Assembly (NCBI RefSeq): GCF_009914755.1
Contig: NC_060928.1
From: the human T2T-CHM13v2.0 reference genome, Homo sapiens
DNA: 64,000 bases
Reading direction: 5' to 3' (one strand)
Below, one piece after another: positions 15,389 to 30,050 of this stretch (its first letter is position 1; each line of letters starts with the position of its first letter). The position numbers and the translations under genes were made by a program. The notes under the pieces were generated by a model. That model saw only the letters and a program-made list of their open reading frames with translations, ran no database searches and was not told the DNA's origin.

Positions 15389-15789
15389 TGTAGTATGACA
15401 GGTCCCCCACAAGGTTGCTTAAGGGTGTATGTCCACTGCCCAAATCCTGAAGGCTGGGCAATGAGTCAACACCATGGTGTGCAGGCGAGGAGCACGTATC
15501 CCTGAGAATCTAAATATTCTAGAGAGTATCTGAGAACATACCAAGAAAAACAGTCTTATTGCTCAAACACAATAGGCAAAGAGCCAGGAAATTAGCTTAA
15601 AAGCAGTTTAGAGATGGGAGGTGGCACAGAGCTCTAGTGGTGTCCTGTTGCCATCCAAGACTCTCCTGTAATTAAGTCCTAATAAACTCATCTGCTCCTC
15701 AAGCTGGACTTGTCCCAGTCATTCTTTGGTCTCTCGGCTCCTTCCCACTTTGAGTTGGAACATTATAGTCCCAGGTTTTTCTCATAACA
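15389..15789 (+). mobile_element. ERV solo LTR (family not assigned)
   Basis: TG...CA termini interrupting colinear L1 sequence, AATAAA at 15681, near-perfect 5-bp TSD atccc/acccc. Confidence 0.8.
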
Positions 15790-18700
15790 ACCCCTATCAA
15801 AATTCCAATGTCATTTTTCACAAAAATAGAAATAACAATACCATAATTTGTATGGTACCAGAGAAGACCTGAATAGCCAAAGCAATCTTAAACATAAAGA
15901 ACAAAGTTGGAGGCATCACACTACCTGACTTCAAAATCTATTATAAAACAATAGTAATCAAAACAGCATGATACTGGCATAAAAACAGATATGTTGACTA
16001 GTGGAACAGGAGAGCCCAGAAATAAACCAACACACCTATAGTCAATTGGCTTTCAATAAATATGCCAACACTACACAATGAAGCCAGTCTCTTCAATAAA
16101 TGGTGTTGGTAAAACTGAATATACACATGCAGAAGAATGAAACTGGATCCTTATCTCACACCACATATAAAAATCAACTCAAAATGGTTTAAAGACTTAA
16201 ACATAAGACCTGAAACTATAAAACTACATGAACAAAACACAGGGGAAATGCTCCATAACACTGGTATGGGCAAAGATTTCTTGGATATAACCCCAAGAAC
16301 ACAGACAACAAAAAATACATGGCGCTGCATCAAACTAAAAAGCTTCTGCATAGTGAAGTGAATGATAGAATGAAGAGACAACCCATGAATTCGAAGAAAA
16401 TATTTATAAATCATACATCTGATAAGGGGCTAATATCCAAAATACATAAGGTACTGAAGCCACTAATAAGAAAATGAACTCAATTAAAACATGGGCAAAG
16501 GATGTAAACAGATATTCCTAAAAAAGACACAAATGGCCAACAAATATATGAAAAGATGCTCATCATCACTAATCAGAAAAATGCAAATTAACACAAGGTA
16601 TCACCTTACACCTGTTAGAATTACTATTATCAAAATGATAAAAGTGTTGACAGGGTGTAGAAAAAAGGGAACACTTGTGCACTGACGTTGGGAATGTAAA
16701 TTAAAACAGCCAATATTAAAATCAGCATGGAGACAGAAAACTAAAAATAGAATTACCATATGATCCAGCAATCCCACTTCTGGACATATAGCTAAAGGAA
16801 CTGAAGTCAGTGTGTCAAAGAGGTATCTGTACCACCACGTTCACTGCAGCATTATTCACAACAGCTAAGATATGGAAGCAATCTTAATGTCCATCATCAT
16901 ATGAATGAAAACAAAATGTGGCATATATACTCAATGGAATACTATTCAGCCCTATAAAAGAAAGAAATCCTGTCACTTGTGACAGGAACCTGGAAGACAT
17001 TATACTAAATGAAATAACCCAGGCACAAAAAGGTAAATACTATGTGATCTCAGCTATCTGTGCAATCTAAAAAAAAGGTGAATTCATAGAAGTAGAATGG
17101 TGGTTACCAGAGGCTGGGAGAGAGAAGTGGATGGGAAAAGGGGAGATGCTGATCAAAGGGTACAAAATATCAGTTAGACAAGAGGAATAAACTTTACTGA
17201 TCTATTACACAGAATGGTGAGTATAATAAATAATGCATTGTACATTTCAAAAATATTAAGAGTAGATTTTAAGTGGTTTTTTTACCACAAAAAATGGTAT
17301 GAGGCAATAAATTTATTACATTGATTTAATCATTCTACACTGTAAACATATATCAAAACATCACATTGTACTCCATATATATAATATACACAATTATCAA
17401 TTAAATTTTAATAACACAAAGGACAAAAGAAAAAGTGGCATAGTTTTGAACAACTCCCATTTAAAATTAATTCATTTCAAATTAAACTATTCAACTAGTG
17501 AATACCTATTGCCAGGCACTTATAAAATAATGTTGGCTCTTTAGTACTTAGTAAATTTATTTTGATGCATGACCAAAATAAAAGGGAAATTTAACATGTA
17601 TATCATATGAAAATAGGTTTTAGTGAAGAAATAAAAACTGAGTTTGATTTTAAAATCCATGACACTATAAACAAACTACTACTTCCAACATAAGCTAAAG
17701 TTAATTCATAAAGAGTTCTATGTACTGGTTAAGAAGACCCCAGAAACTAAGAAATGAACAACTTGATATACACTCATTTTTTTTTTATACATACATCTTT
17801 AATGATAAAAGAAGCTGAGATGCTATGCACCAAAAAATTCGTAAGGGTATTGTTATTTTACTTTTTTCAAAAATAATCCAAATAAACTATAGATACAAAT
17901 TCTGCGGCAGGGCAACCTAACTTATTTCAGGGACAGATAATTCTAGTGTACTTAAGATCTGTCTAAGTATTTAACATTCCTGTAAGCATTATAAAAAAGA
18001 ATAGGAAAAGAATGAAGTTGTCTGTTAAAATGTTAACAGTAGTTCTCTCTGAAAGAAGGGATTGTTGAGAGTTTTTTACCTTCTTTCTTATAGAGGTATA
18101 ACCTATACTTATGAAGTCAGAGAAAGAAAAAATATTTAAGGGTAAAGTTATGTATTTTAAGTTTTGCATACTGAATGGTAAGGGATGTAGATTTTATTCT
18201 TATTGTGAATGAGAAGTGTTGAAGGATTTTAATCATCGAGTTGACGTGTCATGAACAAATACTTGAAGCAACCCTGGGTACCGAAGCCTAGAGACTTTGA
18301 GTACATTTGAAAATTGCTTTAAGTGCATGACTAGACAGCATAAACGAGTGATTGCATATGTACTCTGCATTATTTTGGACATGTTTGGATCCTAAGTTAA
18401 AGAAACAATCAGATTGTGAAATAAGACTTTCTAACTAGAGTCACCTAAAAAAATGAAAGGTTAATCTATCAAATCATGAGCGCTTCAATGATATGGATGA
18501 CTAGCTGTGAGGGGTATTTTAGCAAAATAGAAGTTTAGATCAAAAGCAATGTGGTAAAAGTGGGTTTGGAGTCAAACTTGGATCTGATTCCCAACTCCAA
18601 CATATAGTGTCTGTTATTTACCCCCAATGTGTCATTTTAACCTCTAAACCTCAGCTTTCTTGTCTATGAGGACAACACTTACCCCACAGAATCATTGTAG

Positions 18701-18858
18701 TAATTAATGCTAATGCATGACCCAGCACAGATGTTGAAAACAGAAGAGCCTTATTATTATATACTCACTCCTATTTAAAGATCCAATGATTCAATGATTA
18801 AAAACAATAACATGATTGGTTTGGCAGAATAATACCAAACATAAAAAGTAATACATCT

Positions 18859-19128
18859 GGACCAAGCACAGTGGCTCATGCCTGTAATCCTAGCCCTTGG
18901 AAGGCCGAGGTAGGAGAAATGCTTGAGCCCAGGAGTTCAAGACCAGCCTGGACTTTGTTTCTACAAAACAATTAAAAATTAGCTGGGCATGGTGGCACAC
19001 ACCTGTAGTCCCAGCTACTCAGGAGGCTGAGGTGGAAGGATCAGTTCAGCCCAGGAAGTCAAGGCTGCAGTGAGCTACGATCACTTCACTACACTCTAGC
19101 CTAAATGACAGAGCAAAACCACTTCAAA
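18859..19128 (+). mobile_element. AluJ
   Basis: Diverged Alu with J-type motifs (gcttgagcccaggagttc, aaggctgcagtgagc); degenerate TSD aaaaagtaatacatct/aaaaagtattagatct. Confidence 0.9.
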
Positions 19129-19978
19129 AAAAAGTATTAGATCTGGAAAACTAGTCTTTACTTATCTGTATACTAATTGGTAATACCCAGGAACATCCTT
19201 TCCCAAATGAAGATCAGCACTGCTGCTCTGGCCAGGCCAAGGAAACAGATGAAGGGAAAGAACATAAGAAGAGTGGAATACAGAAGACAAGAAGGTGGGA
19301 TAAAATAAAGATCTGAGTCCCAAACTGCTGCCTTTATCTAGGTGAATAAATTTCAACAAAAGAAGAAATAAATGTGCCAGAACTCTTAGGCTTTCTAGTT
19401 AAAAGGCTAACTTCCTTATTCAAAGAAGATTCAAATAGCTCAAAGTTGGAAATACAACTGGTGCTCAATAGGTACTTATCAACTGATAAATGTACATTTT
19501 ACATCCTAGCCTAATGGTAAAGCTATTACGGAGATAACAGTGTCAAAGTCGGCTGGATCATCAAACATATTTGTTAACTTTGTTCCTGAAGTAAGAGGTA
19601 TATTTAATTCCACTACATGAGCCCAAAAAAGTATTATGAAATCAGAGATCTTGCCAGGAATATCCCATGCCCTTCCCACTCATCCATCCCCTATTTTCAC
19701 ACGCTTAGGGAAGAAATATTCTATTCATTTACAATAAGACATCCACTCCTTGCATAAAGAAAAATGAGTACATTGATCAAATATGATGAACAATAGAATG
19801 TACTGCTGTGAGGACAAGGACTTTTATCTTTATTGTTCACTGTTGTCTCTACAGCATCTAGAAACATATCTGCCACATAGCAGTTGCTCAATAAATACTT
19901 GCTAAATGAAGGAATGAATGACTCTTTGAAGAAATAATTTTGGGCAACCTAAAAAAAACTGTTTTCAATGTTGATGTT

Positions 19979-19984
19979 TTTATT
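19979..19984 (-). terminator. RCHY1: Candidate second poly(A) signal for RCHY1
   Basis: AATAAA on the minus strand ~690 nt past the stop codon; usage cannot be shown from sequence. Confidence 0.35.
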
Positions 19985-20157
19985 AAGGCTTTGGAAGAGT
20001 CTTATTATTTTACATAATAATTTTCCCAACTACTTTTATGGAATACCTCAAAAGAAAGAAAATTTCTTTTACATTATAGAACTGATGATACTGCCCTAAT
20101 TGAGCCAAACATAGAAAACTTTGGAAAAAACTTTCTATAAAACAGTTTCAATATAAT

Positions 20158-20163
20158 TTTATT
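20158..20163 (-). terminator. RCHY1: Candidate proximal poly(A) signal for RCHY1
   Basis: First AATAAA I found on the minus strand after the stop codon (~510 nt), followed by U-rich sequence. Confidence 0.55.
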
Positions 20164-20674
20164 AGCAGTTATTACATCAAAATTCACATTTAGAGGATCC
20201 AGAGGACTGTCTTAGAAAATTCTAAAGCATATTTAATTAGGTTTTAACAGTAAGGGAGAACTTAATATAACACAGCCCTTAAAAAGTCAAGACTACTACT
20301 GAAAATTAAGTGCAGTTCTATCAAGAACTAGAAATGAACTGCACGCGTAGTGTCACTTAAAGCAAAGCTTCATGAAAATATAATACACTTCTATGAATGT
20401 ATCAGTGGCAAACATCATTGGCTTCCAAAAAACTGACACTAAAGGAATTTCCAATCAAAACACAAGCACAGTGGCTTTCATTCAATATAGAGCTATGATA
20501 AGTCTATCAAGAGACCCTGAATCCTTACGTACTTGTAATATGATTTTATGCTGTGACACTAGTACAAAACACATCAACTCTAATGCATAGATGACGACAC
20601 ATGATAACACGATACCAAGGAAAGCCTTTTTCTATATCAGAAAATGCCAAGTTCTCCAGTACTGTGTAGGCTCG

Positions 20675-20803
20675 TCATTGCTGATCCAGTGAAATTCTAC
20701 GTCCTCCAGCTTGAGCAGTATTATAGGATTCACAAATCTTACATTTCATGCCTAATATATGAAACTGAACAGTGGATCGTCCATTACAGTCATTGCAGAG
20801 AAT
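20675..20803 (-). CDS. RCHY1: RCHY1 exon 9 coding part (C-terminal zinc domain and stop)
   Basis: tttcag| acceptor; 129 nt encoding [42 protein letters not shown] (TGA). Confidence 0.97.
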   Translation of the reverse strand: MLCNDCNGRSTVQFHILGMKCKICESYNTAQAGGRRISLDQQ

Positions 20804-22279
20804 CTGAAAAGAGATTAATTCAAATTAAGTATTTTAAACCTTATAAATACAAGTAGCATTGTCTACTCATAATCCCTTGAAAATCATATTAAAGATGTGA
20901 AAATACATACATAAGTCTAAAAATTTCCAAAAGTAGAAATTTCTTCTTATTTTTTCACTGAAAACTCTAAAAAGCTATTAAGGTGGCTCTGAATTCAGAA
21001 AATGAAAAGGCAGATTTGAGCAAAAAAAAAGCTTATTTTAAAATAGTTTCCAAATATTAAATAGTATAAATAGTACAAGCAAGAAAATTAACCTAGGCAT
21101 AATCAGATGAATACCTGATACTTATAATTCAAAATAACAACATGATTTCATTATTTTTCAGTCAGAAATGTATCTCAATTAATAAAACCAAAATTTTTAC
21201 ACAAATAATATTTTTGCTTATTTTTTAGGTTTAGTATACTGTTCCCTGTCTTCTCTGCCTTAGGAATGAATTAAATTCCAAAAAGAGTGTTCCTAAAATT
21301 GAGTAAACAGAGAGGCTCTTCGCTCATCCCTACAATAACAATAAGATGCCGTTTAAGAATTAATTTCTTCTAGTGCTAAGTAAGAACCTGAAAAATAACA
21401 AAGGTGTTAACCTGAAAATCAATACATTACTATGCAAGAAAAGCACTAGTTTTTGAATAGTCACACTATAATAAGCAGAAAATTTCCAAATTTGCTCTAA
21501 ATTATAATTTGGAAAATAATTATTTAAAAAATATGATCTAAATGGAGAAAGTGGATTAGTGGTTGCCTAGGCCTGGGGCGTTAGGGAATGACTGCTAATG
21601 GGTATGAGTGTTTCCTTTTTGGGATGATAAAAATGTTCTAAAATTGTGGTGATGTTTGCATAACTACATGAATATTTTAAAAAGCACCAAATTGTACAAT
21701 TTAAATGAATGAACTATATAATATGTGAATTGTATCTTAATGAAGCCATTATTTCCAAAAATTATCTACATGGAACATAGCACACTTCGGCCTCTAGTCA
21801 ATCACATGATTATCGGTTAGTATTCCAAAAGTGATTTTTCATTGCCCTAACAATTATCCACATGAATTATGAAACACTCCAGTGTAAATAAAACAAAAAA
21901 TAATTTTCATTTGGCTTTGCTACGTGGTTTTTATCCTCGTATGCTGAAGTATCTGAAGATGTTCAGAAAATGTGTAATATAACCAAAAATTATCTAGCCA
22001 GAATACTAGGCTTTCCCATTCTAATCTAAAACTCAATACCATGTATGGCTGAGAAGAGACAGCAACACATCTTAATTAAACGAAAAAAGATGATCACTCT
22101 CCATAAGCCAAAAGGCACAGAAACAACCTTTTATGCTTTAGGTTGCAAGCTAATTGCAACCAAATAAAGAAAGTCAAGACCCTCTGAATCTATTCTGGTT
22201 CAGGGCTGCCTGATTCACAAACTGTTTCTCAATTAAGTTCTGTTAAATTTAATTTGTGTAAGGTTTTGCTTCAAACAGC

Positions 22280-22297
22280 TGGCATCAGAAGTGGGAT
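22280..22297 (+). other. Retroviral primer binding site, tRNA-Leu type
   Basis: TGGCATCAGAAGTGGGAT just after the LTR end; 16/18 match to TGGTGTCAGAAGTGGGAT, the recalled complement of the tRNA-Leu(CAA) 3' end. Confidence 0.75.
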
Positions 22298-24851
22298 TTG
22301 AAGTACAGCTTTCAGTGACCGCCAGGAGCACCAAGGGGACCCAGTAAGGTACCGTTAGGCCCTTTGTGTCCACTGCTCTCTTGCAGCCATTAGGAATCAT
22401 GGTAAGTTCTCAGATTCTAAAGCTCTGCGCATTTGTGTTTTGAGCTATCCAAGTTTTTTTGAACACATTTTCTATCTGAACTGAATTCAGAAGTCGCAAC
22501 AAAAACTGGACTGGGTCCAGGATCCAACTGCCTTGGATCTAGCTAAAGACCTCTTATGCCTGACTGGGTCGGGCAGAAGCACAGTAAATGGCAAAACAGC
22601 AGGGGGTGGGGGTGCAAATTTTGGCTTTTGGAAATTCACAGGGTTTTTTGTGTCCTGCCCTCTTCAATTCTTCTTCTTGCACATTTAAGTAGAGAAAAAT
22701 CACTGGTTAAGTTTACCAAGGAAATATGAGAGCCAAAGCCAAGATTCAAGGTGAAAATGGGATCCTTAATTTCTGAAGAACTGAGCAATCTACCTTCTGG
22801 CTCTGCCTACATTTACAAGTGTAAGTATTAGGCCCCAGAAGCAGCACTTTTTAAACATTTTATAGAAGGATAAAATGCCATTTGCTTATAGAAATGGCAA
22901 AACCTTACTAAAAGTAATTTAAAATTATAATGGAACGTCCCAAATGAACACTTAAAACTACACTTTAAGAAGTGCATTTGATGATGGCCATAAGCTGTTA
23001 AAAACCAAACCAAAAAAAAAAGTGCATTTGAAAATGAGGGCTCCCAAATTAGACTCATCTAAGAATGCCTATTGAGTGAAGCTTCTAAAAATATTTCAAT
23101 ATTTTTATTGCCTTAAAAAAAAGATGTTTTAAAAGGCAAATAAAAAGCTTAACTAACTGATAAGACAAATTAAATCTACTAGCCTTTTGGCTTAGTTACT
23201 ATACTGCCCTGAAGGCTAAAAGAAAGCTAGCCTGGATTAAATGTTTATAAAATATAGGCCCTTAGGTAAAGCTGACTTGCCTCTTTTTCAGATCTATCCA
23301 TACTGTGCCCAGGCATGGACATGGACACTAAGATACTTCTGTTTAATTTCTGAGTAAACTGCAAACAATAAAAAAGAACGCTGTCTTTCCCCTACTGTCT
23401 TAGTGGGCTCCACCCTGAACTCAGTAATTTTAGCTAAGAAACAGTAGTTAAATTTTTAAAAACGATCTATGGAACTAAAGTATACCTTTCTGGCATTCAA
23501 CTGGCTATACTGAAGGCTATCCTGAAACCCTTTTGGTAAAATCAATTTATATCTATAAAGGAAATTTACATTTGTAAAGGTGTCTGTGTACATTAGGAAC
23601 TCTTATCACTATTTTAAATTTATATAGTAAGTCATACCTTTGTTTAAGGTGACTGGCCATCTTGTCTTAACTTTTACTCACACCATTTTTTCCTTGGTTT
23701 GAGCAAATGATGGTACAATATTTACGTCTAAAGTCTTAGCTGTGTGCTTTTGAGATATACATTTTCTACCTTGTTTGACCTAAGAATTGGCCCTTTAGAA
23801 ATGCATATTTAGGGCTGCCTAGCTAACAATTGCTTAGGGCAATGAAACAGGTTAATTGGTAAACTGATAGTCTGAATGGTGAATAGAAAAACTATTTAAA
23901 AGCCAGCAAATGAGAATCCTTTAGGAAAGCTCTAAGATCTGCTTCTGTCTGTGTCTGTATTCCTATAGGTGTTATGTGTATGTGATAACATTTGGTAAAT
24001 AAAGCCAGTTTTTATATTGTTAGTAAATAGGAATGGCTTCAGAGGTGTCTGTTGAATATAATTCAACACTTGCTTGATTTGACTGTGAGCTTGTTTTGGG
24101 TTTTGAACCTCTAGATTCTCAAGTCTGGCTAGGTGAGACCTGGGTACATGTTCTCAGTGCCTAGACCTGTAGCTACAAAGCAGAATCAAGCCCACTAGAG
24201 CTTCTTCTTCCCTGTCTTAGCTTTGCCTCCTGGCTATTCTAGGAGGGGTTCCATCCTCCAAGCATCATCTTTACAGCTCTGTCTTCTGTTCAAAGCTCTG
24301 TAAGTGGTACGTAAATTCAGGACTCAGACAGGCTCTGCCCTTCATAGCCCTCCTGGTTGACATATGACTACTTGAGACTCAAGATGACTGAGAAAACATT
24401 CGGGAGGGTACATCTGTGTCCTAATTTCAAATTTTTTTTCAGTAATTTAAAATCTTATAGTCATATGTTTAAGTAAATAATCATAAAACTTTTAAGTCAT
24501 TTATAAGTTAAAATGCTAAAACATTAATTATAAGTTTAAGTTTATATACTTTGGCATCTTATTTTTATATAGTATAGAAAAACTAAATATATTTAGATAT
24601 CTTAATAAATAATAATTTAAGGAAACATCCTTCCAAAAAATTAAAATGGCTTCCATCTATAAATACTGATACAAAACAGTTCAAAATTACTTCCTAGGGT
24701 TTTCACTGGAAATTAGGATTACTAAGAGTTAAAACTGTAGTTAATATATGTAATTAAAACTACTAGATGTAAGAAAAACAATTCCCTATAAGGAGTGTAA
24801 AAACAAGCAAGATATACTTTTGGTAAGACAAGTTGCAAAGGCATGTATTTA

Positions 24852-25186
<335 letters not shown>

Positions 25187-25559
25187 TTAAAATACAGAAC
25201 GTTCAAAAGAAAGAATTTTAAAAGTTTATAAGGGAATATAAAAGATTTATGGAAATCTTACGTGGTAAAAAACTGACAGATTGGATGGATTTGTTTACAA
25301 GGTTTTATTAAAATTCGCTTTAGTCCTAACAATACAAAAGTAAAATCTGGTTTTCTCTCTTGAACAAAGATTTCATGTAGTATTAATAAGACAGTTAAAT
25401 ATTTTTGTTTACTTTTGGGTAAATTTCAAACAATAAAAAGAGGAGACAAGGGGAAACAGATTTTGTCTCACGCTGTCTCAGGACTTTTAATTGTTTAGAA
25501 AACTGAGTTTCGAAGAGTAAAGGTTTTTGCTTTTTAAAACCTGTTAATTCTCATATTGG

Positions 25560-26076
25560 CTATATAAATGACTATATATAAATATATATATAGTCATATA
25601 TATATTCACAATATATATAGTCATATATATTCATAATATATATATTCATAATATATATATTCATAATATATTCATAATATATATATTCATAATATATTCA
25701 TAATATATATATTCATATATATATTCATAATATATATTCATATATATTCATAATATATATATTCATATATATTCATAATATATATATTCATAATATATAT
25801 ATTCATATATATTCATAATATATATATTCATATATATTCATAATATATATATTCATATATATATTCATAATATATATTCATATATATATTCATAATATAT
25901 ATTCATATATATATTCATAATATATATATTCATATATATATTCATAATATATATATTCATATATATATTCATAATATATATTCATAATATATATATTCAT
26001 AATATATATTCATAATATATATATTCATAATATATATTCATAATATATATATTCATATATATATTCATATATATAA
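25560..26076. repeat. AT-rich tandem repeat, ~(TATATATTCATAA)n with variable units
   Basis: About 500 bp of ttcata(a)(ta)n units, almost no G on the plus strand. Confidence 0.97.
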
Positions 26077-26954
26077 ATGTGATCCTATTTTGGTCAAGTA
26101 TTTTAAATCTTCGACACACTTGACAAGCTTCCCAAAATCAAATTTCAACTTCAAAATTAAGTCTTTTTTTTTTACCTCTAACTTTGGCATGCTACAAAGG
26201 GCCCCTGCGGTATTCAAAAGAGAAAAAAATGATTATTTGATCTGTTAAATTACATAGGAAGCACTGTCAAATAAGAAATGATATTTAACCTTTGTGTTAT
26301 ATTTTTATTAAGATTTATTCCAAAATTATATGAGATTCTAAAATTCTTTATGTCGGGGTATATGCTATCAGTCTTAATTATGGTTACTGTGTTATTGCAG
26401 GCCACAGAAATAACCAAATTTCCTTGTCAATCATGTCTTTAACTATAACCATTTTAAGTTGTTTCCACAGTTAACTGCTTAATTCTGATGCAGTTTCTCT
26501 GAAAACTAGACAAGCAAGCAAAATCCTACAGTACTGTGTCTTCAAGGAGGTTCATGAAAGGATGAAAAGGACCCTGACAAACTCTCTTAAATATAGACTT
26601 CTGACAACTTTAGGACTTGGACTGGATAACAATTCCTAGAACTCTAATGGAGAGACTGACTGGTTTATAAAACTGCCAACCCAAGCAGGATAAAAATTGA
26701 TTGAATACCAAGAAAATACTTTGCCAGATTTTCACACTAAAGCAGCCAGTACTGAAATTGTTTAGATTTCAATCAATTCCACAATCCAAGTCAAATTACC
26801 TATAATAACCCTTCAGTTATCAGTGGTAGGCACCTAACCTGGTATTTAAGAGGACACAAATCCAATGTTAAGCATGGACTCATGGAGAACCTGGACAGCC
26901 ACCTGGCCCTTCCTAAATCCTTAAAGCTTCCATTATTAAAAGTTCTGCATTCCA

Positions 26955-27322
<368 letters not shown>

Positions 27323-28742
27323 TTATATATATTGCTAAATTGCTAAAATAATTTATGACCAATGTTTGCTTTGTCGAAACCATAATCCTGGGAAGACAAT
27401 CAAAACTTCACGTACATTTCTGCTACCTGATGGGCCATTTAAGTATTTATAGAAGGATTACATTCAATTGTCATTTTGAATGCATGTTTTCTGGTTGTAT
27501 AGAAGGTATCCCATGCAAGAGGGTTAACTCTATTACAGTACCTAAAAGGTTATTATAAAATGTGTTTCTCTCATGGGACATTCCTAGAGAAATCTCCAGT
27601 GACACAGGTACTTATTTCACTGGATAAGTTGTAAAATAGTTAAATAAGATACTACAGATACAATAGCATTAGGCAAAACTAACTGAATTGACTGGATTGC
27701 CTTGGTCAAAGATATTGCAGATTGATGGTAATCAGATCCCCTTGGAGTGGAAAACGTAAGTTGACCCCTTACGAAATAATCACTGGAAGGCCTGTATACC
27801 TAATAATAAATAGAATCTCATGTATCTTCCACTACCAAACTCTGATATGACTAAATGCCGCAAGGCTTTTATGCATTATGCCAAAGTGTATTTTCACCAA
27901 GTAAAGAAAATTTTGATGGTCCAATGACTAAGAACAATCAAACCCTTCACAATCTAGAATCTGGAGACTGGGTCTCTGAGAACAACATCAGAGAAAGACT
28001 GCCTTTTCCACCTACACTAAAGCTTCTGGACTTTGAACTTAGGTTCATTATCTCACATTTCAGAAGGGACCCTCCACACTCTTGGAAGTGGACACCCATG
28101 AGAGACCTTAAGACAAAGTTAACCAGGAAAGTTTCTCCCCAGAAGCAAGCAGCATTTTAGTGTGGACAGTTTTTTCCCAAGATCATGAATCAAGACTTCT
28201 CTGTAATTATGACTCTTATCTCTCAATTTGTTCCTTGCTTATGATTCTGTGAACAACAGAAGTGAAAAAGGGGTCTCCTGTGTGCACTCCATAAAAATAA
28301 GTCTAAGATGGAATAAAAAGGGTAATAAACACTAAAAACCAAAACGTAATCTCAAAAATCAGCAAATATGTTCTCCTGAAATAAAATGTAAAATAATTAA
28401 AAATAAAATGTACTTAAAAAGTCCCACCAGTGATCCAACCCTAGTCAGTTATATTACTGACTGACTCTGGCAAGTAATATGTAAACAATTCAGAATGAAG
28501 TTTTTGCCTGCCATCTAGTGTTGGGAAAAACTACATAAAGGTATTCTTAAGACTTTTTTTTTCCCGATCTGAGCTACTTAACTAAAATTTAAAAATCATT
28601 TTGTGCTTTCCATTAATCATCACATTAGCATCTGTGTCAAACCAGTATATATATATTTTTTTTTTGGCAAATTCAAGCAGGAGGGCAAAAATAAGAGTGC
28701 CAACAAGGAGTCTACAAAGTTTTAAGTATTGATTCTACTCAC

Positions 28743-28863
28743 ATCCACAGTCATGTTCTGATATTCTGATGGCATAGGAGTCTGTGCTACTTCATCATCC
28801 AGCTGTCTCCAATACCTGGTCATATCTAAAGCAGAGTGCATACATAATGGACATCTGTAGCCT
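28743..28863 (-). CDS. RCHY1: RCHY1 exon 8
   Basis: tttcag|...|gtgagt; 121 nt encoding GYRCPLCMHSALDMTRYWRQLDDEVAQTPMPSEYQNMTVD. Confidence 0.97.
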
Positions 28864-29772
28864 CTGAAAGAGATAGAAAGGTTATTTTCCAAATATTAAA
28901 CAAGAATATATTAATTCAGGTATACAAGAAGATGCAGGCTAACTGCCACATGAACCATTCAAAACAGGCATTTTCCTCCATTTCAAGATAATCTCTTAGG
29001 AACCTGGGAACTTTCACACTATAAAACTTTTAAATTAATTCCTGTATACTTATTTAAAACTAAGTCTTTTTCCTCAGTACTCTAAAATGGAGAGGAATTA
29101 GTCCATATTCTTTGTAGAATACACTTCATATATTTTTATAAACTAATTAAGCTACTCCTTATCTAAACAACCTTAATTTCTTAATACACTCATGTAAAGA
29201 GACTGTATTTGTTTAAAATTATTCAGATATTATTTCCTTTCTAAAAATTTGAAAAAAAGAATGCTCTCTCTAGCTCTTCACATTTTTGCTCATCAATATG
29301 TAGGACCAAAATACAGTCTTCTCTTTTCAATTATTTTCATCTAATTTTAATATCTTTTCCATTAATAAAGTCTTAGCTTTAATGATCACTTCACCTACTT
29401 TCTTTTAGTTTACTATACTTGGCCAATATAACAACCTAACAAATTTTTGGCAATATTTTTCAGCATTTTTACAACACTATAACTGCATCTGGCAAAAACT
29501 GCACTTCCTGGTATATATGGCCAGAAAAAAAAGAGGTAACTACCTCAAATTGTGGGAGGAGACAAGATTTAAGAGAAACATATGGCAAAAGTGTAGTTCT
29601 ATATCCAAGACACTTTGTCCTGTTTTAACAATATTCATCTACCCTACCCATTTCAATATAAATATTGCCATGCCCAATATAGTATAAGTAACAATGTTTG
29701 TCCACCTCCCCACACCACACACACAAAAAAGTCAAACATCTTACAATTATTTTTAAAATCCCAAACACTCAC

Positions 29773-29799
29773 TCTTTCAACATTTCTTCATAACACGTT
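29773..29799 (-). CDS. RCHY1: RCHY1 exon 7 (27-nt microexon)
   Basis: tttcag|AACGTGTTATGAAGAAATGTTGAAAGA|gtgagt; encodes (R)TCYEEMLK(E), phase 2-2. Confidence 0.95.
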
Positions 29800-29885
29800 C
29801 TGAAAGAAAATATAAGATTATTTTAGTAAAACAAAAACTGTCTCCACTATTTTCAAACATCATTGAGAAAAAGATGTTACTTTAC

Positions 29886-29944
29886 CTATGTAAAAGATGT
29901 CCACATGGCAAGACATGAGCAACAACACGGGATGTGTGAATGTC
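29886..29944 (-). CDS. RCHY1: RCHY1 exon 6
   Basis: ttacag|...|gtaaag; 59 nt encoding DIHTSRVVAHVLPCGHLLH (RING-H2 C-x-H-x2-H). Confidence 0.97.
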
Positions 29945-30050
29945 CTGTAAATGAAATAAATGTTAGTGCTTGTATGAAGACAATATAAACATCCAAGTAT
30001 TTTAAATTCAAGAGCTGAGACTTCCAAAGTAAAAAATATTTTAAGCCTAC

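Noticed and set aside
22280-22303. tRNA gene
   Set aside because: Only the ~18-23 nt complement of a tRNA 3' end is present, next to an LTR, so it is a PBS with no cloverleaf.
27855-28160. 101-aa ORF as a domesticated retroviral gene
   Set aside because: Integrase C-terminal remnant amid stops and frameshifts; the catalytic core is broken.
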